Below are positions 1-9,615 of a stretch of 64,000 bases of DNA, piece after piece; the stretch's first letter is position 1; each line of letters begins with the position of its first letter. The notes below the pieces were generated by a model, which saw only the letters and a program-made list of their open reading frames with translations, ran no database searches and was not told where the DNA came from. Made by a program: the position numbers and the translations under genes. Location of the stretch: positions 1-64,000 of IMG/VR virus record IMGVR_UViG_3300045988_148533; one strand, written 5' to 3'. The DNA comes from a virus.

Positions 1-941
1 AAGTCCAGATACTTTGTTATTCCAACCTGTATATTCTTACGTACATCAGCGGTATTATACCCTGCCTCCAGCTCACACCTGAAATCAATACCGTTATCAC
101 CGCCAACCTCATACCACTGTGCATTCTCCAGCCTGATACCCATCAAATTGCCTGATATAATCATATCCCCTATACCGAAGTAAGGGGTTGTCTTGTCAAG
201 CAGTGTCTGAAGCTCGCTAAATGTCAAATCCTGACCATTCTGGGTAACAATCTGTATATGCAGATATGAATCCTCCATGATACCCACATACATAATCTTA
301 AGCACACGATTATCAAACCCCTGCATTATCTGTGTCAGCTTCTCAATAGTAGAGGAGGCATACACGTTCTGATGATTAAGTATTCTTCTGCGAAACATTT
401 CATCGTCCTCGCTGTCTCTGCCTCCAACAGCATAATATTCGTTAGTGCATTCATAATGCCCCTGTGGAACAGGATTCACTGTCGTGATACTATTCGCATC
501 CACATTTGTAAAGGAACCGACAGTCTCACTGCGAACCTTGACATAAGCATACCCCGACTCACCGACAGTACAGTCTTCCTCAACTGCAAAACGTACACCA
601 TTTGTATTTACAAATGTATGTGTCCCAGCCACATAAGTAGTATTAGGCTCTGCATACACCCTGACATAAGTGGATGAACCCAGTGCTCCATAGCGAGCTG
701 GAATGCCAAAAAGAGCAGCTGCCCTGTCAAGATACTCACCCGAAGCAGACTCCGGAAAAATCTGAGCCTCCACAATAGCTATATCCTTAATGGCCTTCTG
801 GGCCACCTTAGCATTCGCGAATGCTACACCGTTCAGCACAGAATTCTCAGTTACATCACTAACCTTATCTGTTTTGTTGAGAAACGTCTCAACCCACAGA
901 TTCTTAAGCACTGAAATAGTATTGTTTACTTTCGTTATCAT
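1..941 (-). CDS. baseplate J-like wedge protein, truncated by the window edge
   Basis: Hand-translated open frame on the minus strand from ATG 941..939 (ATGA overlap with the stop of 938..1864) to position 1: MITKVNNTISVLKNLW...GYNTADVRKNIQVGITKYLD. The internal stretch EYLDRAAALFGIPARYGA...GESGYAYVKVRSETVGSFTNVDANSI follows the Baseplate_J (P2 gpJ / T4 gp6) pattern. Synteny fits. Confidence 0.55.
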   Translation of the reverse strand, partial: MITKVNNTISVLKNLWVETFLNKTDKVSDVTENSVLNGVAFANAKVAQKAIKDIAIVEAQIFPESASGEYLDRAAALFGIPARYGALGSSTYVRVYAEPNTTYVAGTHTFVNTNGVRFAVEEDCTVGESGYAYVKVRSETVGSFTNVDANSITTVNPVPQGHYECTNEYYAVGGRDSEDDEMFRRRILNHQNVYASSTIEKLTQIMQGFDNRVLKIMYVGIMEDSYLHIQIVTQNGQDLTFSELQTLLDKTTPYFGIGDMIISGNLMGIRLENAQWYEVGGDNGIDFRCELEAGYNTADVRKNIQVGITKYLD

Positions 942-1864
942 ATCTGTATATTTGTCGTTAGAAAGTTATTAGTTACCGTCTTCGCCTGTATCTTCATAAA
1001 CACATTGTCCTCCTTGCGATACAGGTCAAGTAGAGTCACTTCTGACCACCGTGCATCTCTCTGGAACATATTCATAACGTGTCTAAACAGAGAGGGGTAT
1101 TTCAAAGCATTAGTTGAAGAGCCAATTGACTCATTTGGAATGCCATACTCAGGAAATTCCGGAATACACCCCTTTAATGCCTGAGTTATTGTATCGAGAC
1201 TCTGAAGAATTGCCTTTTCATATTCAACAGTGCAGATGTCATTGTCGCTTATTGAGAAATTCTTATCAATATCCTTTCCAAGGATATTCTTAGTCTCAAG
1301 AGTGTCAACAATATTTGATATTTCAAAAGTGCCGAACTGCTTCAGGTTAATCCGAAACATACCACCACCCTCATCAGCAGTATAGTCCTCTTCCTCCACC
1401 AGATTATTTCTTGCAATATCAACCCACTCATTCTGTGAATCACTGCTGCCTATTGATGATGCCACGGATTCAAAATTCTCCCTCGTCTTCAACACCCTAC
1501 TCAAAGCGACATTATTACCGTAGCGACCTATAATAGCAGAACGCAGCCATTTAGCAGAATTGTCTATTGTCCACAGCTTAGTCTGACAGTCGGTGAATAT
1601 ATCAAGCAGTTCCCACGCATCTATCGTGCTGAACGATGAAGACTTCAATGTGAATAGCGGTTCAAGAGTTCTTGCTCTGTTCATCAGGTCATCAAGCCTG
1701 TTAAAGGCCTCCCCAACAACAGTAAATTCTACATTACCCTGATAATAATCAACTATATTGGAATAATACTGATTACAGAACAGCGCAAAATCCTCAAGGA
1801 ATGACTTCATGTCACCTCCTGTGGCATTTTTGAAGATGTTCAATATGTTAATATCAGGTCTCAT
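938..1864 (-). CDS. hypothetical baseplate-module protein (308 aa)
   Basis: ORF track. Start and stop overlap both neighbours, consistent with translational coupling. No motif recognised. Confidence 0.7.
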   Translation of the reverse strand: MRPDINILNIFKNATGGDMKSFLEDFALFCNQYYSNIVDYYQGNVEFTVVGEAFNRLDDLMNRARTLEPLFTLKSSSFSTIDAWELLDIFTDCQTKLWTIDNSAKWLRSAIIGRYGNNVALSRVLKTRENFESVASSIGSSDSQNEWVDIARNNLVEEEDYTADEGGGMFRINLKQFGTFEISNIVDTLETKNILGKDIDKNFSISDNDICTVEYEKAILQSLDTITQALKGCIPEFPEYGIPNESIGSSTNALKYPSLFRHVMNMFQRDARWSEVTLLDLYRKEDNVFMKIQAKTVTNNFLTTNIQI

Positions 1865-2667
1865 TATAGGTACTCTCCTTCGCTTGCGTCTGCTCCATTG
1901 ATAAAATCCGTCGCTGCCGTTGCAGCCATGCTCACTCCTGTCTGAATAGCAGAAGCAGCAAGCTGCATTCCTATGTTAGCCCACATCTTGCCACCCCACC
2001 CACTAATCGCTTCAAGCGGAGCAACCGCCATTAATGTAATATTGTAATTCCAAATCATATTGTTTGACAAGTCCTGACTGAACTGATACCCACTCGGGGG
2101 CACTACAACACGATAGCTCTCACCAAGAGCCATATTATAGAAATTCAGCTGCATAGGCTGTCCAAAATTGTCAAGACCTACCGACTTACTTAATATAGCC
2201 TGCAATATCTTAATCACTCCATAGCCTGTCTTTATTCCAAGCGCAAACCCAGGAAATTTCATCATAGGTACAGTGTTCTTGCCCCCCTGAATTGAATAGA
2301 GATTGAACTTACTGCTATCCGTGCTGAGATTTGCCCCTAATGGGGAAACTCCAGCCGAAATAAGAAACTTTATATTCCTTCCGAAATTCCCCTTTATATT
2401 AATCTCCTGAGGAGTGAAGGTAGGTGAAGTTAGAACAGTTGTTCCACCCATTGACCGCCTGATGTTCGTCTTAACAGGCTCTGTCTTGGTTATTGCACTC
2501 GGAGTTATCGGAAATGTCAGATAATCTATTGTATTTTCTTGACTGTCAACCAGTTCCAGCGCGACCATATACCACTCGAAGTCATTCGGGAATAGACAGG
2601 ACATCATCTGTGAACCCATCGAAACTCCCATCTGAATCAATTCTCTTGTATAGTAGTCTACTGCCAT
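1864..2667 (-). CDS. hypothetical baseplate-module protein (267 aa)
   Basis: ORF track. Tightly packed in the tail operon. Confidence 0.7.
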   Translation of the reverse strand: MAVDYYTRELIQMGVSMGSQMMSCLFPNDFEWYMVALELVDSQENTIDYLTFPITPSAITKTEPVKTNIRRSMGGTTVLTSPTFTPQEINIKGNFGRNIKFLISAGVSPLGANLSTDSSKFNLYSIQGGKNTVPMMKFPGFALGIKTGYGVIKILQAILSKSVGLDNFGQPMQLNFYNMALGESYRVVVPPSGYQFSQDLSNNMIWNYNITLMAVAPLEAISGWGGKMWANIGMQLAASAIQTGVSMAATAATDFINGADASEGEYL

Positions 2668-2706
2668 TATTGCATTCTATTAATTTTGAACAAAATTATA
2701 CAAAAT

Positions 2707-2928
2707 TTATACAAGTTTAGCGGGAGCCGTCGTAGCTCCTGTCTGAGCAGTCGGGCTACCTGTCGTGGAAACAGGTATTCCTGCCGGAATGTCCGCTGAC
2801 TTAATGTATGCGTCAATAGCATCAGCAAGACCTGAAGCAAACTTACTGTCATCAATTTCTGTTTCGTTTCTCATCTGTGTGAGCAGCTGCAAAATAGCTG
2901 TTTCCAGTGTAGCTTTAACAAGTGCCAT
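2707..2928 (-). CDS. small hypothetical tail-module protein (73 aa)
   Basis: ORF track. Fills the gap between 2667 and 2934. The overlapping ORF 2667..2855 in another frame is judged spurious. Confidence 0.5.
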   Translation of the reverse strand: MALVKATLETAILQLLTQMRNETEIDDSKFASGLADAIDAYIKSADIPAGIPVSTTGSPTAQTGATTAPAKLV

Positions 2929-2933
2929 AATCT

Positions 2934-3983
2934 CTAACCATTAAAAAAGTTATTCAATAACTGTGATATCTCGGTGGTAGCCTGAACCGTAGGTGGCAGA
3001 GGTGTACCGCTCGGGCCTGTTGATGTGCTTACCGTCAAATTCTGAATAGCTGAATTTAATTTCGAGAGAATGTCATTCAGCCCTGTACCGTTGTTAGTAA
3101 ATGATATCTTATTGTCCTTAATCTCCAAGGTGGCTTCACCCTGCTTCAAAGTAAGTGTACCATCCTCAAAGGTTATTGAGCAGTCCTGAAACACTAACTC
3201 ATTCTTATCCTTGTTGACAGTCTGTTTATATGATACATCCCCAATCTTTGTCTCAGTAACAAATCCATCCTTAGTTACTGTTGTGGAAGTAAAGTCTCTA
3301 TCATCCTCGTTCTCTGCATCGCCATAGGTGGACTTCATCGTGACAGCATCCTTAGTGGCTTCCAGACCAGACTCATTCATCGTCTCGGGGTCAACAACCT
3401 TTGTCTTCAAATTCTCATAGGCTGTAACCGCAATTTCCTTGTTTGCAGCTATCCTGACATTGCCCTCAGAAAATACATCCATAACGGAATTCTCACCACC
3501 CTCAACTGCAACCTTTACAACCCCGAATTCATTACCCTTGACATTTATTACAAGTGTACCGTCCTTGGCATCACCCTCAATTGACACCATTCCCTTCTTA
3601 AATGTCCTCCTAACGGAAAATTCTTCTTCTCCCCGAATAGGTATCTTGGTTGTGTTAGGAAATGTCCCTATGACGACAGGTTGACTGAATAACGGCATTG
3701 ACACCCACACGACAGGTGAACCCATCTTGCCGGACTCCTCTGGAAACTGTATATTTTGAAGTGCTTCCTGAAGAATATAGCAGTCTATGAATACTGTACC
3801 GTCAGAATCACCTATTACATCCACCCTTTTCTTTCTAAAACAGGTTTCTATGTACTGTGTCCTGTCAACACCATCTGGAACAAAGATATACCCCATCCCA
3901 ATAAGCTGATTGGCAGTTCCATGCTTCTGCTGAGGTGATACCCCAGCCTTTCCTGTCTTCGTTATTCTAAGTTTCGTAGGCAT
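2934..3983 (-). CDS. hypothetical tail/baseplate protein (349 aa)
   Basis: ORF track. Beta-rich Thr/Val/Gly composition. Lies between the hub-sized protein and the baseplate genes. Confidence 0.65.
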   Translation of the reverse strand: MPTKLRITKTGKAGVSPQQKHGTANQLIGMGYIFVPDGVDRTQYIETCFRKKRVDVIGDSDGTVFIDCYILQEALQNIQFPEESGKMGSPVVWVSMPLFSQPVVIGTFPNTTKIPIRGEEEFSVRRTFKKGMVSIEGDAKDGTLVINVKGNEFGVVKVAVEGGENSVMDVFSEGNVRIAANKEIAVTAYENLKTKVVDPETMNESGLEATKDAVTMKSTYGDAENEDDRDFTSTTVTKDGFVTETKIGDVSYKQTVNKDKNELVFQDCSITFEDGTLTLKQGEATLEIKDNKISFTNNGTGLNDILSKLNSAIQNLTVSTSTGPSGTPLPPTVQATTEISQLLNNFFNG

Positions 3984-3994
3984 AATCTACACAT

Positions 3995-6163
3995 TTACAC
4001 ATTCTTTTCAAACTGCTTCCGTTCAAGGAAGAAATTAAACACATCCTCATTCACAATCTTCAGTGCAGTACCTGATGACTGATTGTTATTCTCACTGAGC
4101 ATCTTCCTCAAACCATCCATGTCAACTATCTTGAAGTAACTGTTTGCGCCTTTCAAGTAGTCACGTATCATCCCTCTTTCCACTGTCAAAGTGGTGGTTC
4201 TGTCAACCCTGTCACCGTTAAATGTAATGTTATTCTGCACCGCAGTAACATAGAATATCTCACCCCAGATGTCTCCGTAGGTATTAACACAGACAAAGGT
4301 TCCAGCCTTAATTGTTCTATCCCCCTCTATTGTAATCGTGCCACGCCTTGTGAACGGTAGATAGGCGGTAGTCTCCACCACATACAACAGGTCATTCTGA
4401 AGCTTCTGGTGCATATTCTCAGTATTCTCCTTGCCTTCAGCCGTATTGAAGTCAGAAGCAGAAAAATACACATCATTTATCAGGTAGCGTTTGTTGCCGA
4501 AATGCTCCACGTATTCCTCAAGAAATATAATGGGACACCACGCAAGAGAACTAAACTGTTCTCCACCCAGAAAGGCATTCTGAGGCATAAGACGATACCA
4601 TCCATAGGCACGTGTGTCAAATGAAAGATTCATGGATAGTATGTCCTTGGGAAAAATGCTTCTGTAAGTACCAGAATCCAACACATCCAGTATAGCCTTT
4701 TCGGTAAAAGGAGGCTGACGAACTATAATGTCAAAGCCATTACCCCAACAGTCACCCCACCACTCCACGAAAGGCTGCTGTAAGAACTTATTTAATAAGT
4801 CCTGAAGAGTACCCTCTGGATTAGCAAGTGCCCTATCCACAATCCTTCTGTCAGCAAGGTTATCATCAATAAGCACCTGTACCATCTGCCAGACACCCTT
4901 TACAGCATTACCCTCCTCATATTGATAGCCGAACGGCAGCTTTTCCCTCTGCTTTGCACAGGCAGCGAAAAGGTCATCAGGCACAATGCCTATGTTTGAA
5001 AGCTGATTTATAACAAACCACAGACAGAAGTCAATCTTCTGAAATTCATGAGCAAAGGTATAGTCATAGGAACCTGAAATCATATTTCGCTTGAACCACG
5101 AAGATTCAGGGTCTCCACCATAAACCCACCTGTCATTACTCCCCTCTATGGTTATCAGGGGGATGAAATATGTTCCATCCTCAACAAACAGCTTCATAAA
5201 GTCACGCCCCTGAATCTGTACCGAATAATCTGAATTCTGAAAATTCATATTCGTTGTAACGGTATCCACAAGACCCATCATGTCCCAGATTATGTTGCTG
5301 CCAAGAGCTGACTTCTGCACCTTTCTATCACTCTCATTTGATGTCTGCTCCTTAGCCATTTCAGAAGTAGCTTCCACTTTCAAGACCTCATACCTGATAA
5401 ACACCACATCATTCGCCTGTACTTTCTTAGAGAACCAGTCCCCCTTAGCATTCTTAGCGACATTGAAGGAATTTGCAAACCCACCACCGCCTGCAAAGAA
5501 AGTAATGTTCTTCTCCTCAGCAGTACCCCCTAAGCTATTAATGTTCTGAACAGGCGAAAGCTGAATGGAAAACGACCCCATAGACATATCCTTCTGTGTA
5601 GAACAGGTTTCCACCCATGGACTAATGTCATAAATTTCCTTGTCGGCACGACAGTACAGCCACACCCTGACATTCAAAGGCTTTGAATTCACAACTGGAG
5701 TTATCTTACCCTCCTCATAAGCCCCGATGAACTGCTTCCAAGGTACATATTCACTGTTCTTATCCTCTATGAATTTCTTCTGAAACTCAGAATAGAAAGC
5801 CTTAAACCCTCCATCCTGTTCCAAAAACAGCTCTGAGGCCAGAACCTGCTGCACTTCATCTATTTGCTCATTAGGAATGCAGAATTCTGTACCAAACTTA
5901 ATAATCGGAGGTTTTCCATTCTGCACCTCATCTCCATAATTCAACAATTCCGCTAAATTATACTTGCCATAAATCTTTTCTGCATTGGTGGTGCTGCCAT
6001 CACTGAACTTATAGAAGTCATCCGCTGTCCAGTCATCCTTAACAAGTTTCCGCTTCTTTAAATCCTCAAAGAAGTCGGTAACTTCTGCTTCCATTTCACC
6101 GTTCAAGCCCTTGAAGCAGCCATAGGAAAACTGATTGTTCACTTTATTATTCTCTTCAGCCAT
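3995..6163 (-). CDS. large distal-tail / baseplate hub candidate (722 aa)
   Basis: Lies immediately downstream of the tape measure gene, the usual position for a hub or distal tail protein. Based on size and synteny only. Confidence 0.5.
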   Translation of the reverse strand: MAEENNKVNNQFSYGCFKGLNGEMEAEVTDFFEDLKKRKLVKDDWTADDFYKFSDGSTTNAEKIYGKYNLAELLNYGDEVQNGKPPIIKFGTEFCIPNEQIDEVQQVLASELFLEQDGGFKAFYSEFQKKFIEDKNSEYVPWKQFIGAYEEGKITPVVNSKPLNVRVWLYCRADKEIYDISPWVETCSTQKDMSMGSFSIQLSPVQNINSLGGTAEEKNITFFAGGGGFANSFNVAKNAKGDWFSKKVQANDVVFIRYEVLKVEATSEMAKEQTSNESDRKVQKSALGSNIIWDMMGLVDTVTTNMNFQNSDYSVQIQGRDFMKLFVEDGTYFIPLITIEGSNDRWVYGGDPESSWFKRNMISGSYDYTFAHEFQKIDFCLWFVINQLSNIGIVPDDLFAACAKQREKLPFGYQYEEGNAVKGVWQMVQVLIDDNLADRRIVDRALANPEGTLQDLLNKFLQQPFVEWWGDCWGNGFDIIVRQPPFTEKAILDVLDSGTYRSIFPKDILSMNLSFDTRAYGWYRLMPQNAFLGGEQFSSLAWCPIIFLEEYVEHFGNKRYLINDVYFSASDFNTAEGKENTENMHQKLQNDLLYVVETTAYLPFTRRGTITIEGDRTIKAGTFVCVNTYGDIWGEIFYVTAVQNNITFNGDRVDRTTTLTVERGMIRDYLKGANSYFKIVDMDGLRKMLSENNNQSSGTALKIVNEDVFNFFLERKQFEKNV

Positions 6164-6164
6164 A

Positions 6165-8405
6165 TCATTCCATCGTTATGTGTATGTCCTTGAGGCCCTC
6201 CGTAAATGCCTCCTGCATACTCTTCCTGAGAGCATCAGGGGTAAGCCTGTCAGGACTTGTGTCAACAATATTCATTGTAACCCTCATTAAAGCAGCCTCT
6301 AAGGCAGCTGTCAAATCCCCACCTCCTTTATTTCCACCCTCATTGTCCTTCAGGTATTTATCTGCACCTTCCGTTATCCGCAGTTCCTCAGCAGCTGCAC
6401 TCGAACGCTGCACCTCTGATACATTAGCCCCAGCCTCCTCGGAGATATCTCTGCTACGAACAGTACCTTCAAACATCCTGTCAATAGCAGCCTGATAATC
6501 ACCACCCGAATTTTTAAGGCTTTCATCGAGCTCATTTATATCCGTCCAGTGCATCCCAGGAGCGACAGACTTCAGAGTCGTCCTAAAGTTTTCACCACCG
6601 CCTGTTTCCTCATACAGTGACTTGACAACATTCTGCATAAGTCCTGACTCATTTGGATTCTCCACCATAGCCATCAATTCACTGAATGTAGCCTCGGGGT
6701 TCATTTTACGTGCCTCTCTCATCATAAAAGCCCTTGTCACCTCATCCTGAGACACATTAGCACCTGTCATAAACTCTTGAACCCTCTCAAGTTGAGACCC
6801 CTGCATTCCTGTTGTCTGCTGTACTCCTGTCATTGTACGCACAAGTTCCTCAGAGTTCACAGAACCTGCAACCCCCAGAACCTGCTGTGCTATCCTGTTA
6901 TAAGTATCAAGATTCTCACTCAATCTGCCGGAACGTGCATAACCTCTATACCCCATATTCGTGAGATTCGTGTCAAACGAAGATATGACTGTATTAGGAG
7001 CAACACCTGATTCATCAAACCGTGCGGTTCTCATCGTAGCTGCCTGCTGCTCATCCGAAAGCCCTCTTGCTTTTCCCCACAGTACAACCTGATTGGCCCT
7101 CCTGTTAATATCATTAAAGAAAGCCATATTGTCCGCTGAACTGCCACCGTTCACAAATCCAGTCGCTCGAGTGTCCATCCCAGCTGCAAGTAGTTCATTC
7201 ACCTTTGAGGCATAATCGCTTGACGTCATACCGAGATAGTCCGTCCTCCAGTTATGAAGCTCAAGACCATCATCTGACAGATAGGAACCTTTCCTTACCA
7301 ACCCACTCTTTGATAGAACAACATCCTCTGATGCTGTATAATGGTTTTCAGGCTGAACTGTTACAGTCCTTGAACCAATCGGGGTAAGCCCCATCTCTCT
7401 AAAAGCCTCATCAGCTTCAGGGCTTATTTCGAATGTACCACCATTAGCAGCCGGATTAAGCGGTCTATTAACAGCCGTTGCATCAGGAGCATTCGCAAAA
7501 TTATACGTAGGAAGATTCTTGTCACCTCGTCCACGTCTTAGATTCAGATTACCATTCAAATCCCTGACATTACCACCCAAAAGAGCCACCGTAGTACCCA
7601 CGGAACCCATACCCGACTGAGCAGCCATCTCTGGAATGACATTATCAAAATTCTGATATGCCCTCCTTTCCATCTCCCTCCTCTGGGCCATCTGACCTGA
7701 AACGCCAAATGTTACAGTATTCAACAGCCAGTGCTGTCCACGCAGATTTTCCCTTTCATAGGCATTCTCGGCTCCATACATCTGCGTCCTAAACTGCACC
7801 TCCTTCCCTATCGCACCGCCTATCGCCATTGCAATCGCACCGATTCCAAAAGGGAGGCTCTTCATCAGGCCTGCAAGACTTGTAGGTAATTTAAACCCTC
7901 CTCTACCCCCACTAAGACCGCTACCAATACCTCCTGTCGGAGGTGTAGTAGTTCCGGTCGGGAGGGGCTGCTGTCCAGCAGAAGTATCCACTGTATCGCT
8001 TCCTTCATCATTCTTACGGTCTCTTTCACCCTTTTCAAGAATCTCAGCTATACGGCTGAGTTCAGACAGCATTTTGTTGAAAACAAAACTGTCCTGTCTT
8101 AAAGGGTTCAATCCTTCCCTGCCTATTGTCTGTGTAAAAGGTTTTCCAGTATTCGGGTCTATAAGCAAACCACGTCTATCATTAAGGGGTTTACTCTGCT
8201 GAGGTGCATTAGGAAGCGCAAAGAGGCTGTTTCTCTCCTTTAAAAGGTCAATCTGACGCTGTATTACATCAAGTGCCTGCTCAGATACCTCCTTAAAACG
8301 ACCCTCCATATTTGTAAAGTCGTTCCACATCGAAGCCACCTCCTGTCGCAGCCCCTGTAACGGTGAAGTGTCCGCTGATACACGTATTCTCTTATTTTCT
8401 GCCAT
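6165..8405 (-). CDS. tail tape measure protein
   Basis: 746 aa, downstream of the tube and chaperone genes. Helical/coiled-coil-like ends. Central Gly-rich hydrophobic segment GGIGSGLSGGRGGFKLPTSLAGLMKSLPFGIGAIAMAIGGAIG. Confidence 0.7.
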   Translation of the reverse strand: MAENKRIRVSADTSPLQGLRQEVASMWNDFTNMEGRFKEVSEQALDVIQRQIDLLKERNSLFALPNAPQQSKPLNDRRGLLIDPNTGKPFTQTIGREGLNPLRQDSFVFNKMLSELSRIAEILEKGERDRKNDEGSDTVDTSAGQQPLPTGTTTPPTGGIGSGLSGGRGGFKLPTSLAGLMKSLPFGIGAIAMAIGGAIGKEVQFRTQMYGAENAYERENLRGQHWLLNTVTFGVSGQMAQRREMERRAYQNFDNVIPEMAAQSGMGSVGTTVALLGGNVRDLNGNLNLRRGRGDKNLPTYNFANAPDATAVNRPLNPAANGGTFEISPEADEAFREMGLTPIGSRTVTVQPENHYTASEDVVLSKSGLVRKGSYLSDDGLELHNWRTDYLGMTSSDYASKVNELLAAGMDTRATGFVNGGSSADNMAFFNDINRRANQVVLWGKARGLSDEQQAATMRTARFDESGVAPNTVISSFDTNLTNMGYRGYARSGRLSENLDTYNRIAQQVLGVAGSVNSEELVRTMTGVQQTTGMQGSQLERVQEFMTGANVSQDEVTRAFMMREARKMNPEATFSELMAMVENPNESGLMQNVVKSLYEETGGGENFRTTLKSVAPGMHWTDINELDESLKNSGGDYQAAIDRMFEGTVRSRDISEEAGANVSEVQRSSAAAEELRITEGADKYLKDNEGGNKGGGDLTAALEAALMRVTMNIVDTSPDRLTPDALRKSMQEAFTEGLKDIHITME

Positions 8406-8709
8406 TATTCTCTAATTTTAACAATTCATCTATCTCACTCTGTGCCTCCTTAGCAAAATCCTGAAGTGTCACACCCTTACCGCTTCTAAATATATCGCCT
8501 ATTCCTGGGGTATACTTATCAAAATCCTTTTCTTTCTTCTCAAATGTGTAGAGCTTTTCTTCCTCAAACTCAAACATTTGATGTATAAAAGAAGTTTCCC
8601 TGTGAACAGGGGACATGAACGGAACATTGTGCCGCATCCGCCACCACCTGTCAACAGGGAACCTCAAATTCCAACTAATGACTGAATTCGTCAACTTGGA
8701 ACGCTTCAT
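8392..8709 (-). CDS. tail-assembly region protein (105 aa)
   Basis: ORF between the chaperone-like ORF and the tape measure gene. Overlaps the TMP start by 14 nt. Confidence 0.5.
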   Translation of the reverse strand: MKRSKLTNSVISWNLRFPVDRWWRMRHNVPFMSPVHRETSFIHQMFEFEEEKLYTFEKKEKDFDKYTPGIGDIFRSGKGVTLQDFAKEAQSEIDELLKLENNGRK

Positions 8710-8724
8710 GGCATAACCAACAAA

Positions 8725-9096
8725 TTATTCTGTTTCAGACTTTTCATCCTCTTTCTTAGGAAGCTGCAACATTTCATTTATTTCCCTGAAGAAAGGTTCT
8801 ACCACTCTAACATATTCGTCACGAACCAACTTGTAGTCACGCACATCAAGCTGAGAAAAGTTCTTAACCTTAAGGTCTTCAATCAGCTTTGGACACAATA
8901 TCACGAGAGAGGCCTCAATGTCAATCATGTCCAGTGCGTGCTGTGTCATTGTTGATGGACTCATTACCATCGTGTTATAGAAGCCTCTGGAAAGACTCTG
9001 CTTCATAGCCTCTATCTGATAGAACTGTCCAACATTAGGGTAGGGAACCTCATATTCCCTACCCTTTACATTAATCTTTACCGAATTTTCAATCAT
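8725..9096 (-). CDS. tail assembly chaperone candidate (123 aa)
   Basis: Lies directly after the tube gene and has an acidic C-terminus. Based on synteny only. Confidence 0.5.
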   Translation of the reverse strand: MIENSVKINVKGREYEVPYPNVGQFYQIEAMKQSLSRGFYNTMVMSPSTMTQHALDMIDIEASLVILCPKLIEDLKVKNFSQLDVRDYKLVRDEYVRVVEPFFREINEMLQLPKKEDEKSETE

Positions 9097-9109
9097 AATT
9101 ACTTAGCTT

Positions 9110-9604
9110 TTATCCAGCAGTAGTAACGGGTTCAAGATACACTCCCTGAATACCGCTTCCGGCCAGCCCTCCTTCCTGAATCTGGAAGGACTGCTGTGTA
9201 ATGTGACACCCCTGAAGACGAGCTATTGTCTGACCTGTATTGTCAACCTCAGTAACGAGCTTAGTATTTGCATCCTCACTGCTTACCGTTTTGGCATACA
9301 CAGTGATGTCAAAGGCTAAGTCTCCGAGAACAAGACTGTTCTTAATAGCTGCAATGCTGCCCATCTTAGCAAGCATCTTCTTCATAATAGGAGTCTTAAA
9401 GGAGATGAAATACTGGTCAACACTCCACTGACAGGTATAGACAACTGCCGGAACTTCCTGATAGGTAAGACTTCCAAGACCCTGAACATTGGCTCTCTGC
9501 ACATTCTCACTGAAAGTAAGATTCCTGCAATAGCCTGCCACCTCATTATCTATCTTAATGAAAGCCTTAGGAGCTGTAAGTACTTTTGTCTTTGCCATAA
9601 TCAC
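9110..9604 (-). CDS. tail tube protein candidate
   Basis: 164 aa ORF immediately downstream of the sheath-sized ORF. The order sheath-tube-chaperones-TMP is typical of contractile tails. Confidence 0.6.
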   Translation of the reverse strand: MIMAKTKVLTAPKAFIKIDNEVAGYCRNLTFSENVQRANVQGLGSLTYQEVPAVVYTCQWSVDQYFISFKTPIMKKMLAKMGSIAAIKNSLVLGDLAFDITVYAKTVSSEDANTKLVTEVDNTGQTIARLQGCHITQQSFQIQEGGLAGSGIQGVYLEPVTTAG

Positions 9605-9615
9605 ATAGTTTTAAT

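Noticed and set aside
8710-9096. Programmed -1 frameshift (G/GT-type) between the two tail chaperone ORFs
   Set aside because: The two ORFs are in the same frame, separated by a TAA and 15 nt, so no -1 frameshift geometry exists. Stop-codon read-through is conceivable but has no supporting signal, and I saw no slippery heptamer.
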